From positions 15,686,001 through 15,750,000 of the forward strand of contig NC_043018.1 of assembly GCF_006345805.1 (NCBI RefSeq): a stretch of 64,000 nucleotides of DNA, in the 5' to 3' direction. The DNA is from Octopus sinensis. Its lineage: Eukaryota. The notes under the pieces were generated by a model, which was not told where the DNA came from, searched no databases, and worked only from the letters and a program-made list of their open reading frames with translations. The translations under genes and the position numbers were made by a program. Every line of letters begins with the position of its first letter. Within the stretch, counting starts at the first letter, position 1. Of the stretch, positions 28,401 through 38,821 are shown piece after piece.

Positions 28401-31122
28401 TGGAGAGGTCACAGATGTGTGACGAAAGATTTCCAGACAATGGTCATAAGATAAAATAAAAACAATAATAAATAAGTGAAGAACAAATATGCTGTCTAGG
28501 GTGACTCTCCAGACACAACAAAATTTGTTTCAACACACGAATTCACATACAGAATCTTGCAAACCAAATACAAAAACAAAAACATGTGTTTGACAAAAAA
28601 AAATAGAAGAAATAAATGACCATCCCAAAATATAACAATATATATAGAGATATATGTTTGTATATGGAAGCACTCCGTCGGTTACGACGACGAGGGTTCC
28701 GGTTGATCCGAATCAACGGAACAGCCTGCTCGTGAAATTAACGTGTAAGTGGCTGAGCACTCCACAGACACGTGTACCCTTAATGTAGTTCTCGGGGATA
28801 TTCAGCGTGACACAGAGAGTGACAAGGCCAGCCCTTTGAAATACAGGTACAACAGAAACAGGAAGTAAGAGTGAGAGAAAGTTGTGGTGAAAGAGTACAG
28901 CAGGGATCACCACCATCCCCTGCCGGAGCCTCATGGAGCTTTAGGTGTTTTCGCTCAATAAACACTCACAACGCCCGGTCTGGGAATCATGACCGCGAGT
29001 CCGCTGCCCTAACCACTGGGCCATTGCGCCTCCACTATGTTTGTATATACAAGTATATATACATACATTCCTATATCTATGTATATAAAGTTTTATCTTG
29101 TTTAAGATTTAATTCCATGTTTCTTTTCCTCTTTTTTTTTCTGCAGAAAACAACAAATGTGACGCACCATCATCTGATCAACAAACAATGATGATTGTCG
29201 GAATTGTTATCGGAGTTGCGCTCTTCGTTTTGACTGTGGTTCTCATTGCCTTCTTTATCAAATGGTAAGATTCACGTTTTTAATCAAACACACACACACA
29301 CACATATATATATATGTATATATATACTAATATTGAGGGGTCAGCAAAAGAAATGCATCACCACATACTGAAGTTCAGAAATAGCAGCCAAAATCTAAGC
29401 CATTTCTTCTACTTAAAAAAAGGGTCTACCAGAGAAACCATTGTGATAAGATGGATATATCATCATCATCATCGTTTAACGTCCGTTCTCCATGCTAGCA
29501 TGGGTTGGACGGTTCGACCGGGGATCTGGGAAGCCAGAAGGCTGCACCAGGCTCCAGTCTTATCTGGCAGTGTTTCTACAGCTGGATGCCCTTCCTAACG
29601 CTATATTATATATATATAAATTAAATTAGAGATAAAAGCACTATTAGGCAAATCAAACAGTGAAAAACATAAACCAAAGCATAAAAATAAAAATAATTAA
29701 TATAATATACAAAATATATAAAATATATAAAATTTAAGATTTACATTTTTTAAATTTAAAATTATTAATTTATATTTATAAATTTTTATATTTTATATTT
29801 TATAAAATATATATATAGGCTCATACACTCACTATCTCTCTCTCACACAGTCTCATGCACACTCTCTCCTAAACATAGTCCCTTCCTTACTCACACACAT
29901 ACATACATACACACACACACACGCACTTATGAACTATCTGACACATTCTCATCTCGCTCACACACACACACAGATGTTCTCACACAGACACACTGAAATC
30001 TACTCCCATTCATTAACACACACATTCTCTCTCATACACACACAATTACACATATGCATACACGCTCACTCAAACACTCTCACTCAAACACTCTTCCTCC
30101 AACACAAACACTCTCACTCAAACACCCTTCCTCCAACACAAACACTCTCACTCAAACACTCTTCCTCCAACACAAACACTCTCACTCAAACACTCTTCCT
30201 CCAACACAAACACTCTCACTCAAACACCCTTCCTCCAACACAAACACTCTCACTCAAACACTCTTCCTCCAACACAAACACTCTCACTCAAATACTCTTC
30301 CTCCAACACAAACACTCTCACTCAAACACTCTTCCTCCAACACAAACACTCTCACTCAAACACTCTCACTCAAACACTCTTCCTCCAACACAAACACTCT
30401 CACTCAAACACTTCCTCCAACACAAACACTCTCACTCAAACACTCTTCCTCCAACACAAACACTCTCACTCAAACACTCTTCCTCCACACATGCACAAAC
30501 CCGCTCTCATATGCACACACTAACAGAGACACCACACACACACACACACACACACACACTCTCTCTCTCTCTCTCTTATACATGCACTCTTATACACACA
30601 TGAATTCTTGCTAATGTATATTTTGTTGCAGACATTCTCACTGGCACACACATGTATGCACACTCACTCACAAACATGCATTCCCTCACACACACACACA
30701 CACACAGCGTCTACATGTCTGTCCACATGCAACACAAAAAAAGGAATCCTCACAAACTGACATCTTCATTCGGCTGTGATATTCCAATTCCTGTTTGTTA
30801 AATGATGGGCCGTGCATTCCATGCCTCACACGGTTTCTTTTGCATAAACAGTATTCATGAACCTTTTTACATTTGATCAAATAGAAGATTGACCAAATTT
30901 CTTATGTATACAGAGTAGAATCTTGATACCGGAAAGAGGTTCCCTTATTGGTTGGTTTGTTAGGGTGTTCTATGTTTTGTGTCCAATCCTGACATGCCCA
31001 AACAGAAAACACTCTGATAATCTCTTTTGTTTTCTTCCCACAGGAGGCAAAGAAAGAGCAGAAAATTTTCAACAGAAGACAGAAGCATGATGTCTGAATC
31101 CCTTTATGCTTATCACTCTTAA
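763..31122 (+). CDS. VWDE: VWD and EGF domain-containing (VWDE-like) single-pass membrane protein; 5'-partial gene span, 12 coding exons in window
   Basis: Twelve GT-AG exons join in frame with matching phases. Motifs: [13 protein letters not shown] / LPTG / GLC...WR (VWD, VWDE type), [25 protein letters not shown] (EGF), hydrophobic helix, stop. Family assignment is from recalled motifs; orthology to vertebrate VWDE is untested. Confidence 0.8.
1322..1515. repeat. (ATT)n/(CAT)n compound microsatellite
   Basis: Direct reading. Confidence 0.95.
1813..2195 (+). mobile_element. tRNA-headed SINE, family B, tail type 1
   Basis: A-box/B-box-like head (tggcccagtggttagg...ggtttcgattccc); near-identical copy at 28665-29034. 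Confidence 0.85.
2240..2660 (-). mobile_element. R4/Dong-like LINE 3' fragment (restriction-like endonuclease region), degenerate
   Basis: [18 protein letters not shown]...LIDPSCPFD resembles the REL endonuclease motif; frameshifted. Confidence 0.6.
3321..3651 (-). mobile_element. tRNA-headed SINE, family C
   Basis: Head ggcgcatggctcagtggttagagcg...ctcgaatccc; related copies at 42781-43098 and 43797-44725. Confidence 0.85.
3909..4011 (+). CDS. VWDE: VWDE-like exon ([10 protein letters not shown]...DLEKSK)
   Basis: ccacag / gtaagc, 103 nt, phase 0-1. Confidence 0.88.
4392..4494 (+). CDS. VWDE: VWDE-like exon (GLCDKY...DGFSKEWR)
   Basis: ctgcag / gtaaat, 103 nt, phase 1-2; end-of-VWD GLC...WR pattern. 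Confidence 0.85.
5395..6753 (+). mobile_element. IS630-Tc1-mariner (maT-like) transposon remnant, interrupted by a SINE at 6281-6677
   Basis: Transposase ORF 5421-6227 with WFFSDEK, WQQDxAPxH, WPPN..YYVWG; third catalytic residue region degenerate, N-terminus frameshifted; TIR-like end caccctg followed by TA. Confidence 0.8.
6281..6677 (+). mobile_element. tRNA-headed SINE, family A (about 400 bp, internal TA/TG microsatellite)
   Basis: ggcgcaggagtggctgtgtggtaag...ggttcagtccc head, GAGTAAAA tail; about 10 copies in the window. Confidence 0.88.
6865..7001 (+). CDS. VWDE: VWDE-like exon (VTGDTYYNG...CTC...CPLRRR)
   Basis: ttgcag / gtgagt, 137 nt, phase 2-1. Confidence 0.85.
7652..9393 (-). 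repeat. RTE LINE 3' UTR remnant with about 23 tandem 68-bp modules (about 7825-9393)
   Basis: (CAT)n tail at 7652, family body, then 68-bp period (tcggccacga at 8281 and 8349). Confidence 0.92.
11232..11359 (+). CDS. VWDE: VWDE-like exon containing RKKR
   Basis: ttgcag / gtgagt, 128 nt, phase 1-0. Confidence 0.82.
12680..13090. repeat. (CATA/TA)n microsatellite
   Basis: Direct reading. Confidence 0.95.
13115..13638 (+). mobile_element. CR1/L2-group LINE 3' fragment with (TATCAAAG)3 tail
   Basis: ORF 13135-13548 [20 protein letters not shown]...[13 protein letters not shown]; tandem 8-mer tail. Confidence 0.8.
13640..16480. repeat. About 2.8 kb degenerate (TA/TATG/CATA)n tract with an internal 424-bp direct duplication
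   Basis: Unique anchor aatttgaaaaaaaaacaccttttatcaattc occurs at about 13888 and 14311. Confidence 0.92.
16875..17095 (+). mobile_element. SINE family D (MetaSINE-like central domain)
   Basis: gtcgactttgcctttcatcctttcggggtcgataaataaagtacc core, resembling the recalled Meta domain; many copies, e.g. 26232-26660, 27320-27548 (minus), 44790-44990 (minus). Confidence 0.75.
17224..17379 (+). CDS. VWDE: VWDE-like exon (TLPVDWPAG...QCVDDIK)
   Basis: tttcag / gtcagc, 156 nt, phase 0-0. Confidence 0.82.
17473..17693 (+). mobile_element. piggyBac-like MITE, 221 bp
   Basis: TTAA|CCC...GGG|TTAA with TIRs; sister copy at 24822-25042. Confidence 0.8.
19057..19225 (+). CDS. VWDE: VWDE-like exon (LTGQLDW...[11 protein letters not shown]), start of EGF
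   Basis: ttttag / gtaagt, 169 nt, phase 0-1. Confidence 0.85.
19287..19694 (+). mobile_element. SINE family A
   Basis: Near-identical to other family A copies. Confidence 0.88.
20324..20700 (+). mobile_element. CR1-type LINE 3' fragment
   Basis: [25 protein letters not shown]...RGHSKKL...FSVRV..PWNKLP. Confidence 0.85.
20843..21018 (+). CDS. VWDE: VWDE-like exon ([14 protein letters not shown]...CHYETVE), end of EGF
   Basis: aaacag / gtaagt, 176 nt, phase 1-0. Confidence 0.9.
22876..23490 (+). mobile_element. RTE LINE 3' UTR copy with about 4 tandem 59-bp modules and a (GAT)n tail
   Basis: Starts gaagacccggcaag; modules at about 23090-23310. Confidence 0.75.
23870..24300 (+). mobile_element. 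RTE-clade LINE 3' ORF fragment
   Basis: [45 protein letters not shown]. Confidence 0.75.
24502..24759 (+). CDS. VWDE: VWDE-like exon (ITLDGLK...YCSVQQ)
   Basis: atttag / gtttgt, 258 nt open, phase 0-0. Confidence 0.82.
24822..25042 (+). mobile_element. piggyBac-like MITE, 221 bp
   Basis: TTAA TSD, TIR ccctttcgttac / gtaacgaaaggg. Confidence 0.8.
25835..26232 (+). mobile_element. SINE family A
   Basis: Near-identical to other family A copies. Confidence 0.85.
26685..27065 (-). mobile_element. SINE family A
   Basis: Reverse-complement copy. Confidence 0.88.
27171..27285 (+). CDS. VWDE: VWDE-like Cys-rich exon ([10 protein letters not shown]...NPACEFC...W)
   Basis: ttgcag / gtaatt, 115 nt, phase 0-1. 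Confidence 0.85.
28665..29034 (-). mobile_element. tRNA-headed SINE, family B, tail type 1
   Basis: Reverse-complement match to 1813-2195, with a small head deletion. Confidence 0.85.
29147..29264 (+). CDS. VWDE: VWDE-like transmembrane exon ([25 protein letters not shown])
   Basis: ctgcag / gtaaga, 118 nt, phase 1-2; about 23 hydrophobic residues. Confidence 0.87.
30070..30485. repeat. 34-bp minisatellite (ctcactcaaacactcttcctccaacacaaacact), about 12 units
   Basis: ttcctcc at 30094 and 30128. Confidence 0.9.
31044..31122 (+). CDS. VWDE: VWDE-like last coding exon (RQRKSRKF...SLYAYHS*)
   Basis: ccacag acceptor, phase 2 start, basic stop-transfer residues, TAA at 31120-31122; several AATAAA downstream to about 31600. 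Confidence 0.8.
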
Positions 31123-31729
31123 TAAAAGACATAATTGACCATCGTTATCAACCCACATTATTTACATTCCAAGACAGACCACCACAACTTTCTTAAGCTA
31201 TTTGTTATCTTACCTCCGGTTTTTTACCCAATTTGTTTGTATTCTTTTTAATTAATTAATCTCAATTATAAAGTATCATTATTAAATCATTTTGTCTGCA
31301 TTTTTTTTAATAATCTCTTTTCAATTAATAAATATATAATATTTTTTGTCTTAATCTAATTATATTGTAAGAAGATGAGATTATGTACGAAAAACTAACA
31401 CTGCCGCTGTAAATTTACTGAAATTATTATTGTAAGATATATGTATATGTAAATATACACATACAGACACAATCACATCTATATATACACGTGTATACAC
31501 ACACATCTATATATATATATGCATGTGTATTTATATATACATTTACGTAAATAAAGTTTGTAAAAAAGAAAAAAATTATACATATAATAAATAAAAGTTA
31601 TTTTCATGATTAAATTTTACTTGTTTTCTTCATTTTGTCCACAAGATTTTAACTATTCAAAGTAGTGTTGGAACTCTCGCAAAGAGATGCCGTTTAACAG
31701 CTCTCATTTATTTTCTCTTCCACATCTGT

Positions 31730-31865
31730 AAATTCCGTAAACACCAGCTTTCGTCACCAGTGATGACTTTTGAAAAAAAGTCTGGCTCAACTTCCAACTG
31801 TTCTTTCAGTTCACAACACGCATTCAGTCGTGACTGCTTTTGACGTTCCGTGAGCAAGTTACCAT
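31730..31865 (-). mobile_element. mariner transposase fragment
   Basis: LTERQKQSRL..C...FFSKVITGDESW, first catalytic Asp motif. Confidence 0.65.
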
Positions 31866-31938
31866 ACAACTTTACACACACACACACACACACACATGTG
31901 TATGTATGTATGTATATATATATATATATATATATATA

Positions 31939-32450
31939 GACAGAAGAACTAACGTCAGCGTGCTACAAGAAGCAAAAATGACTAGCATCGAAGCCTATGT
32001 CATCAAAGGCCAACTAAGATGGAGCGGCCACATGGTTAGAATGACTGACGAACGACTTCCCAAACAGATCTTCTACTCCCAACTCAAAGACGGCAAGCGT
32101 ACAAAAGGAGGCCAGAAGAAACGCTACAAGGACTCCCTGAAATCGAACCTCAAAAAGTGTGACATTGACTTCTCCAACTGGGAGGAAACGGCAAAAAACA
32201 GACCACTCTGGAAAACCACCATCCATGAGGGAACGGCGAATTTCGAGTCGAAAAGGTCTGCAGAGCTGGAGGAGAAAAGACGACGACGGAAGGAGTGCCA
32301 ACAACAACCACGTGCGACTCTCCCTTCTGGCACTAGATGTCCGCACTGTGACCGATCTTTTCGAGCAAGAATTGGTCTTATCAGTCACCTGCGGACTCAC
32401 CAATAAATTTGCGCGAAGACCATCATCCTAGACCTTGAGGGATTGCCATA
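31939..32450 (+). mobile_element. RTE LINE 3' fragment with a C-terminal C2H2 finger
   Basis: QLRWSGHMVRMTDERLPKQIFYSQL...CPHCDRSFRARIGLISHLRTH; embedded in (TA)n. Confidence 0.85.
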
Positions 32451-32974
32451 GTATATATATATATATGTAAATGGCAATTTCAGTCTGTCAGTCTTTTACC
32501 ATAGTAGTACCTAAGCCACCAAACCAATATTCACAAAACTTTGCATACATGTTATACTAACATCCAGTTCAATAATACACTAATTAGATTTCAATAAAAA
32601 TCTATAATGTGCCCCCCAGGGGCGTTGGGCAAATCATATTATAAAATGAGAAGGTTACCAAAAGTATAAGTCTAAGAGAAAGGTCTAACAGAAAGAGAGT
32701 GACATACCAGTGAAAGCAAGAACAGCAGTGGCAATGAGATGCTAACATTAATAAAGCTGTCATATACACACAATGCTGCTTACATCCTTTCATAAAAATA
32801 TAGATACAACACACACACACACACACAAAGGTGAATGTGAGGATACATAGCTTTAAGGAGAGAAGGAGTAGGTGGCTTTTCTGCTGTCCATCACAAAGAA
32901 ACACCCACACATACACAGACACACACACACATACATATATATAGACATACATACATACATAGTAGTAGTCAGGA

Positions 32975-33700
32975 TTATATGCCGGTGAAATGTGCCCTTA
33001 CTGAAATTTTCTGAGAAAAAATAACTTTAGCTTTGAAGGACTCTCTCGAGGAGATTGTATTTTCTACTAAGGTAAGCAAAAAACCACCAGATACGGTATT
33101 AAAAGCTGTTGAGGAAATTAGTGAGGAGTATTTACAACAGTGTGGTGAACCCACATACTCGTAGATTAATGCCTGTCTGTATTTGCTGGCTGCTACAGTA
33201 AAACAGTACATGAATGATGTTCAAAAAGTGAACAAAGCCGAAACAACAAAGAAAGGGTTTTGAAGACAGAGAAAAAGATATTTGGTTTATGGAAGACCAT
33301 CATTCATGTAATGATGCTTATTGCATGCAAACAAGCAAATCATTACACATCCCACCAACAGAAAGTAAAGAAGGAAATAGAAATGTTTGGAGACAGCAAA
33401 AAGGGGACACTCACTTGCAAACTGATTACCTTAAAGCAGGAGCTAAAAGCTGTCAGTGAGAAACTCCGACGTCAGAAGAGAATAACCGAGAGAAGAACAA
33501 AAGTAAGGATCGACTAGCAAGCGCGGATGCGCGATTACCAAAATCGAAATCACAAAAAAGTTTATATCCCTGTTTTGTGACCCTAACAACTTTTCAGACG
33601 GTTCTCAAAGCTCAAAACAATTCAAATAGCATACCCACTGCCTACGATAACGAAATGGGTGAAGAACCTTACACTGCCCTAGGGCCAGCGCTAAGACGTA
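32975..33700 (+). mobile_element. Probable R4/Dong-like LINE fragment, degenerate
   Basis: LKQELKAVSEKLRRQKRITERR resembles a pre-RT region; many stops. Confidence 0.4.
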
Positions 33701-34845
33701 TAGGGCACAATTAGAGAAGAGTCAGTGAAGCCCTCGAACCAACATAATTCGAAGATTGATGTTTTGTACTTCATGTAGTACGCCAGTCCCAGCCCTATAG
33801 CATTGAGGGCTTGAGGCTCCTCTGGCCACAATGAAATACTAAAACTTGAAAGTGTTAATGTTTTATTACAAGTCAAGCTACTTACCGACCTACTGTTTGT
33901 GAATACTTTGTTTTTGTATCTGGTCTGCAAGATTCTTTATGTGAATTTGTGTGTTGAAGCAAATTAGGTTCTGTCTGGGGAGAGTCACATTGTCACAAGG
34001 CCTTATCTAACGCTCCCCCGATCAGTTTCCACTCATTTATTAGTATATCTAGATTTTTTATATCATTATTTTCATCTTTTTATTTTTTATATTCTTATTT
34101 ATATTTTTTGATATTCTTTAAATATTTTAAATATTTTTTACATTTTTTATTTATATTTAAAAAATATTTTTTTATCAGAAAATACAAAGAATCTGTGGAA
34201 ATTGAACTGGTGAGGGAATTAGATAAGATATTAAGACAATATGACTCTCCCCAGATAACAACAGGTTTGTGAATAGACCTAAAAACGGTAAAAAAAAAAG
34301 ACTGGCACTTTTACCTGAGAAGTCTTTCAAAATCATTTCAAAGTCAATGGTTCACCAATGGTTTTAGTATTGTCATTTTCCAGAGACAGCATCGCCAAAT
34401 TATTTAGTCTCTCTTGTGAAACTGTTGTCTGTAGATATGTTTTAATCAGTTTTTACTTTCCAAAAACTTCTTTCATCTCCTGCAGTTGTGACGAGTGTTG
34501 ATAGATATAAATCCCAAAACCCAAAAGAAACGGTGTCACTCAGGCGGGTCATCAACAACTTAAAGAGGCGATTACTTTGGGTTAATTTTTAGTTTGCTTT
34601 TCAATTTCTAAAAATCCTTAAGAAATTGGCCAAAGATTTTTTAGAATGTGATCAGCAACGAGACGAATGCAGTTGCATTTCTACGAAGAGGCGGCATTTT
34701 AAGAAAATGTTGCACCATGTCATCATTGTGGTGGAAGCTCGAAGCATCATAAAGGAAACGGAGAAATTTTGCCAACTTGATGTTGTAACACATACGGCTG
34801 CCAAATTTGTATGATCTACGTGCTGATTTAAATTATTATATTGTT

Positions 34846-35269
34846 GGCAATCTTTCGTCTCTAGTAGACCTTTCCGTCGATTTCCGTAAAAAAATTTATT
34901 TTTTTTTACATATGGGCTTGCGGGAACTTTTGAAGTAATGAGAGCGAAAGAGACTAGGAGAAAGCGATTGTATGACGAGGGAAGTTCTTTTGAAGCTACC
35001 GTGCATGGGAAGCATTGATGTACATGTGTGTGTGTGTGTGTGTTTGATGGGGTGTGGGAGACAGACAGTATGTTGTGTAAGTGAAGTGCTTCTGTTAGTG
35101 TGTGTGAAGAGACAGAGTAATGTGTGAAAGAAAGAGATAGGTGAAATTTTTTACTCGGTGTATGTGTATATGTATGTATATTACTTCAAAAGTTCCCGCA
35201 AGCCCATATGTAAAAAAAAAATTTTTTACGGAAATCAACGGAAAGGTCTACCAGAGACGAAAGATCGCC
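34846..35269. mobile_element. 424-bp MITE with about 95-bp TIRs and an 8-bp TSD
   Basis: atattgtt|GGC...GCC|atattgtt; arms at about 34846-34939 and 35179-35269. Confidence 0.88.
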
Positions 35270-35346
35270 ATATTGTTTGTTCTTTGTTTTTGGTTATCAT
35301 TTACTAAAACCTAAATGAAACATGGTTTTATTAAAAGGCGAGTAAG

Positions 35347-36665
35347 AAGGTGAGCTGGCAGAATCGTTAGCACGCCGGACGAAATGCTAAGTGGTATTTC
35401 GACTGCCGCTACGTTCTGAGTTCGAATTCCACCGAGGTCGACTTTGCCATTCATCCTTTCAGGGTCGATTAAATAAGTACTAGTTGCACACTGGGGTCGA
35501 TGTAATCGACTTAATCTTTTCCTCCAAACTTGAAGCCTTGTGCCTCCAGTAAGCACGCCTGACGAAATGCTAAGCGGTATTTCGACTGCCGCTACGTTCT
35601 GAGTTCAAATTCCGCCAGGGTCAACTATACCTTTCATCCTTTCGGGGGTCGATTAAATAAGTACCAGTTACACACTGGGGTCGATGTAATCGACTTAATC
35701 TTTTCCTCCAAACTTGAAGCCTTGTGCCTCCAGTAAGCTCGCCGGATAAAATGCTAAGTGGTATTTCGACTGCCGCTACGTTCTGAGTTCAAATTCTGCC
35801 GGGGTCGTCTTTGCCTTTCATCCTTTCGGGGGTCGACTAAATAAGTACCAGTTACGCACTGGTGTCGATATAATCGACTTAATACGTTTGTCTGTCCTTG
35901 TTCGTCCTCTCTGTGTTTAGCCCCTTGTGGGTAATAAAGAAACAGGTATTTCGTCTGCTGCTACGTTCTGAGTTCAAATTCCACCGAGGTCGACTTTGCC
36001 TTTCGTCCTTTCGGGGTCGATTAAATAAGTACCAGTTATGCACTGGGGTCGATGTAATCGACTTAATCCTTTCCTCAAAACTTGAAGCCTTGTGCCTCCA
36101 GTTAGCACGCCAGACGAAATGCTAAGCCGTATTTCGACTGCCGCTACGTTCTGAGTTCAAATTCCGCCTGGGTCAACTTTGCCTTTCATCATTTCAGGGC
36201 CCATTAAATAAGTAGCAGTTACGCACTGGGGTCGATGTAATCGACTTAATACGTTTGTCTGTCCTTGTTTGTCCTCTCTGTGTTTAGCCCCTTAGGGTAG
36301 TAAAGAAATAGGTATTTCGATTGCTGCTATGTTCTGAGTTCAAATTCCGCTGGGGTCAACTTTGTCTTTCATCATTTCAGGGCCCATTAAATAAGTACCA
36401 GTTACGCACTGGGGTCGATGTAATCGACTTAATACGTTTGTCTGTCCTTGTTCGTCCTCTCTGTGTTTAGCCCCTTGTGGATAGTAAAGAAATAGGTATT
36501 TCGATTGCTGCTACGTTCTGAGTTCAAATTCCGCTGGGGTCAACTTTGTCTTTCATCATTTCAGGGCCAATTAAATAAGTACCAGTTACGCACTGGGGTC
36601 GATGTAATCGACTTAATCCCTTCCCCTAAATTTGAGGCCTTGTGCTTCCTGCAGAAAGGATTATT
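35347..36665 (+). repeat. Tandem array of 7 family D SINE cores, period 183-185 bp
   Basis: Marker a(c/t)gttctgag at 35411, 35594, 35778, 35963, 36146, 36329, 36513. Confidence 0.92.
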
Positions 36666-38070
36666 AAAACAGTAAGAATTTTTAAAAACTATATTTACAC
36701 TGTGTAGAAAAGAATTTATAAAAAATTTGTTAAACTTCACCCGCTCGATTTTCACTAAACCTCGGATTTTTTGCGTGGAATCAAGTACTCTGACCTCCAA
36801 ATATGCCACAAACACCTTATCTTAGTTCGGAAAAAAATTCCGGAATCATTGGAATTTTTTTTTTTCCTCTCATTGAATGAATTATGGTGACCTCCTAATA
36901 TATCACAAAACCCATTTTTTGGGTTCGGAAAACGGGGTGGGGTGGAACCTCGGAAATTTCACCCCATCCCCATTGGGAAGTACACCAGCGCGATTTTCCC
37001 TAAAAAAAAAATCTCGGATTTTTTGGCTCGGTATCAAGTACTCTGACCTAATGTGCCACAACCCACTACTTTTGTTCAGAAAAAAGGAATGGGTAGGAAC
37101 CGGACTCCCCTCCCCCACATCCCGGAATCTTGGAAATTCTTTTCTTCGTTGAATCAATTACGGTGACCTCCTGATATGCCACAAAACACATTTTTGGTCC
37201 GGAAAACAGGGTGGCATGGGGTGAAATCCTCGGAAATTCCCCCCTCCCGATATTTTACAGAAATACGTTTTCCAGAGTGTTGTTATGAAATGTATAGAGA
37301 ATGTGACGGAGATCAAAATAAAGGACCGCACCACCTTTGGAAATTTGGTAACAGGTGTAAAACAACTTCCTCTAAACGAATATGACAAAAATATATATAT
37401 CTATCAATAAGGACTTGTTGTTTATACCTAAAACATGAACTGCGAGAGCGCTCATTTTTTTGTCATATTCGTTTCGAGCAAGTTGTTTTACACCTATTAC
37501 ACTATTTTTTCTGTTTGTTTTTATGCCCTGGTCAAACCCTTTAGTTTGACCACGGATTTTTCCTTCGTCAGTGACGAATACGATTGAGATTAATCCAATG
37601 ATTTGACAGCAAAAAAGTAAATAAGTACTTCGTCTACATATACACACACTCTCTTGCGTATATATATAAATATATATATTTCTTTGAATGGTGTAACGCT
37701 TTAGTTTAACCGGAGTACTTACCTATACCCATAGAAAAGACAGCTGCAAAGTGAAGAGTACATTTAAGTACCCGAAATATATCCAAATAGAAATTCTATA
37801 ACAAGCCTCAACGCACGTGTTAATCAGTCAGGAAACTCAGGTAGAATGGTTACCTGTCCCGAAGTGAATGGTAATAAATTTACTTCTAATATAAGGATAA
37901 AATTAATTCGAATAAATTTTATCAGTGGCCAGCATATTAAAATACCTTTCAAGGTGAAAATTATAAACAATTATAAATAAGGGCAAAAGAAAAAATTCCT
38001 ATGCCAATATGCTGAAAAAATCGACTTTATATCGTCTCACCAGAGATTCACTCTGTTCCATTTTAGGTTT

Positions 38071-38240
38071 TGAATTCTGTCGTTACGTTCTGAGTTCAAA
38101 TTCCGCCGAGGTCGACTTTGCCTTTCATCCTTTCGGAGTCGATAAATAAAGTACCAGTTTCCAACTGGGGTCGATGTTATCGACTTAATCCTTTTGTTTG
38201 TCCCCTCTATGTTTAGCCTCTTGTGGGCAGTAAAGAAATA
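38071..38240 (+). mobile_element. 5'-truncated family D SINE with a 15-bp target-site duplication
   Basis: ttccattttaggttt at 38056-38070 and 38241-38255. Confidence 0.88.
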
Positions 38241-38821
38241 TTCCATTTTAGGTTTGATTTTATATATATACGCAAGAGAGTGTGTATATGTATGTAGACG
38301 AAGTACTTATTTACTTTTTTTGTTCTCAAATCATTGGATTAATCTCAACTGAATACAAAATACAAACTTTTTTCTCGCTTTAGGCTTCATTTTTGTGTAA
38401 GTGGAGGGGAAAGAATAAAAGTTTTCTCTCTAGAAACAAACGATTTCAAATAAATTTCTCTTAATTGTTGTTCTAACTTAACGCGGGGTCCAATTCGAAC
38501 CAAGCTGTCTAATTGGTTTTAAACCGGCCCTCTTTGCCTCTGCTCTGGTTTACCTTAAATCATGAAATTATTTCAGTGGTATTACACCATAAAGAGAGAA
38601 ATGAATGCCCTCCTCATGTCATCGTTAATTTTCTCCTCTTTGCGGACCAAAGAACTCAAAGACAGACTTTGTTGCAGGACAATGTTGGAATCGTTCGAAG
38701 GGAGGTAACTCTGTTTCTCTGAAAGTGAGTTTCTTTTCGTTTTAGGTTTTTTTCTCTCTTACTTTCTTTCACAACCAAACTAAACAAGACAGCATTTTAT
38801 CTACGTTAGTAGAGAAGCTGT

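Noticed and set aside
29929-30614. 224-aa and 186-aa repetitive ORFs
   Set aside because: 34-bp minisatellite plus CA repeats.
35347-36665. CRISPR-like repeat-spacer appearance
   Set aside because: Repeats are about 120 bp, spacers are only two recurring SINE-derived types, the context is eukaryotic and there are no cas genes. The 68-bp and 157-bp arrays have no spacers.
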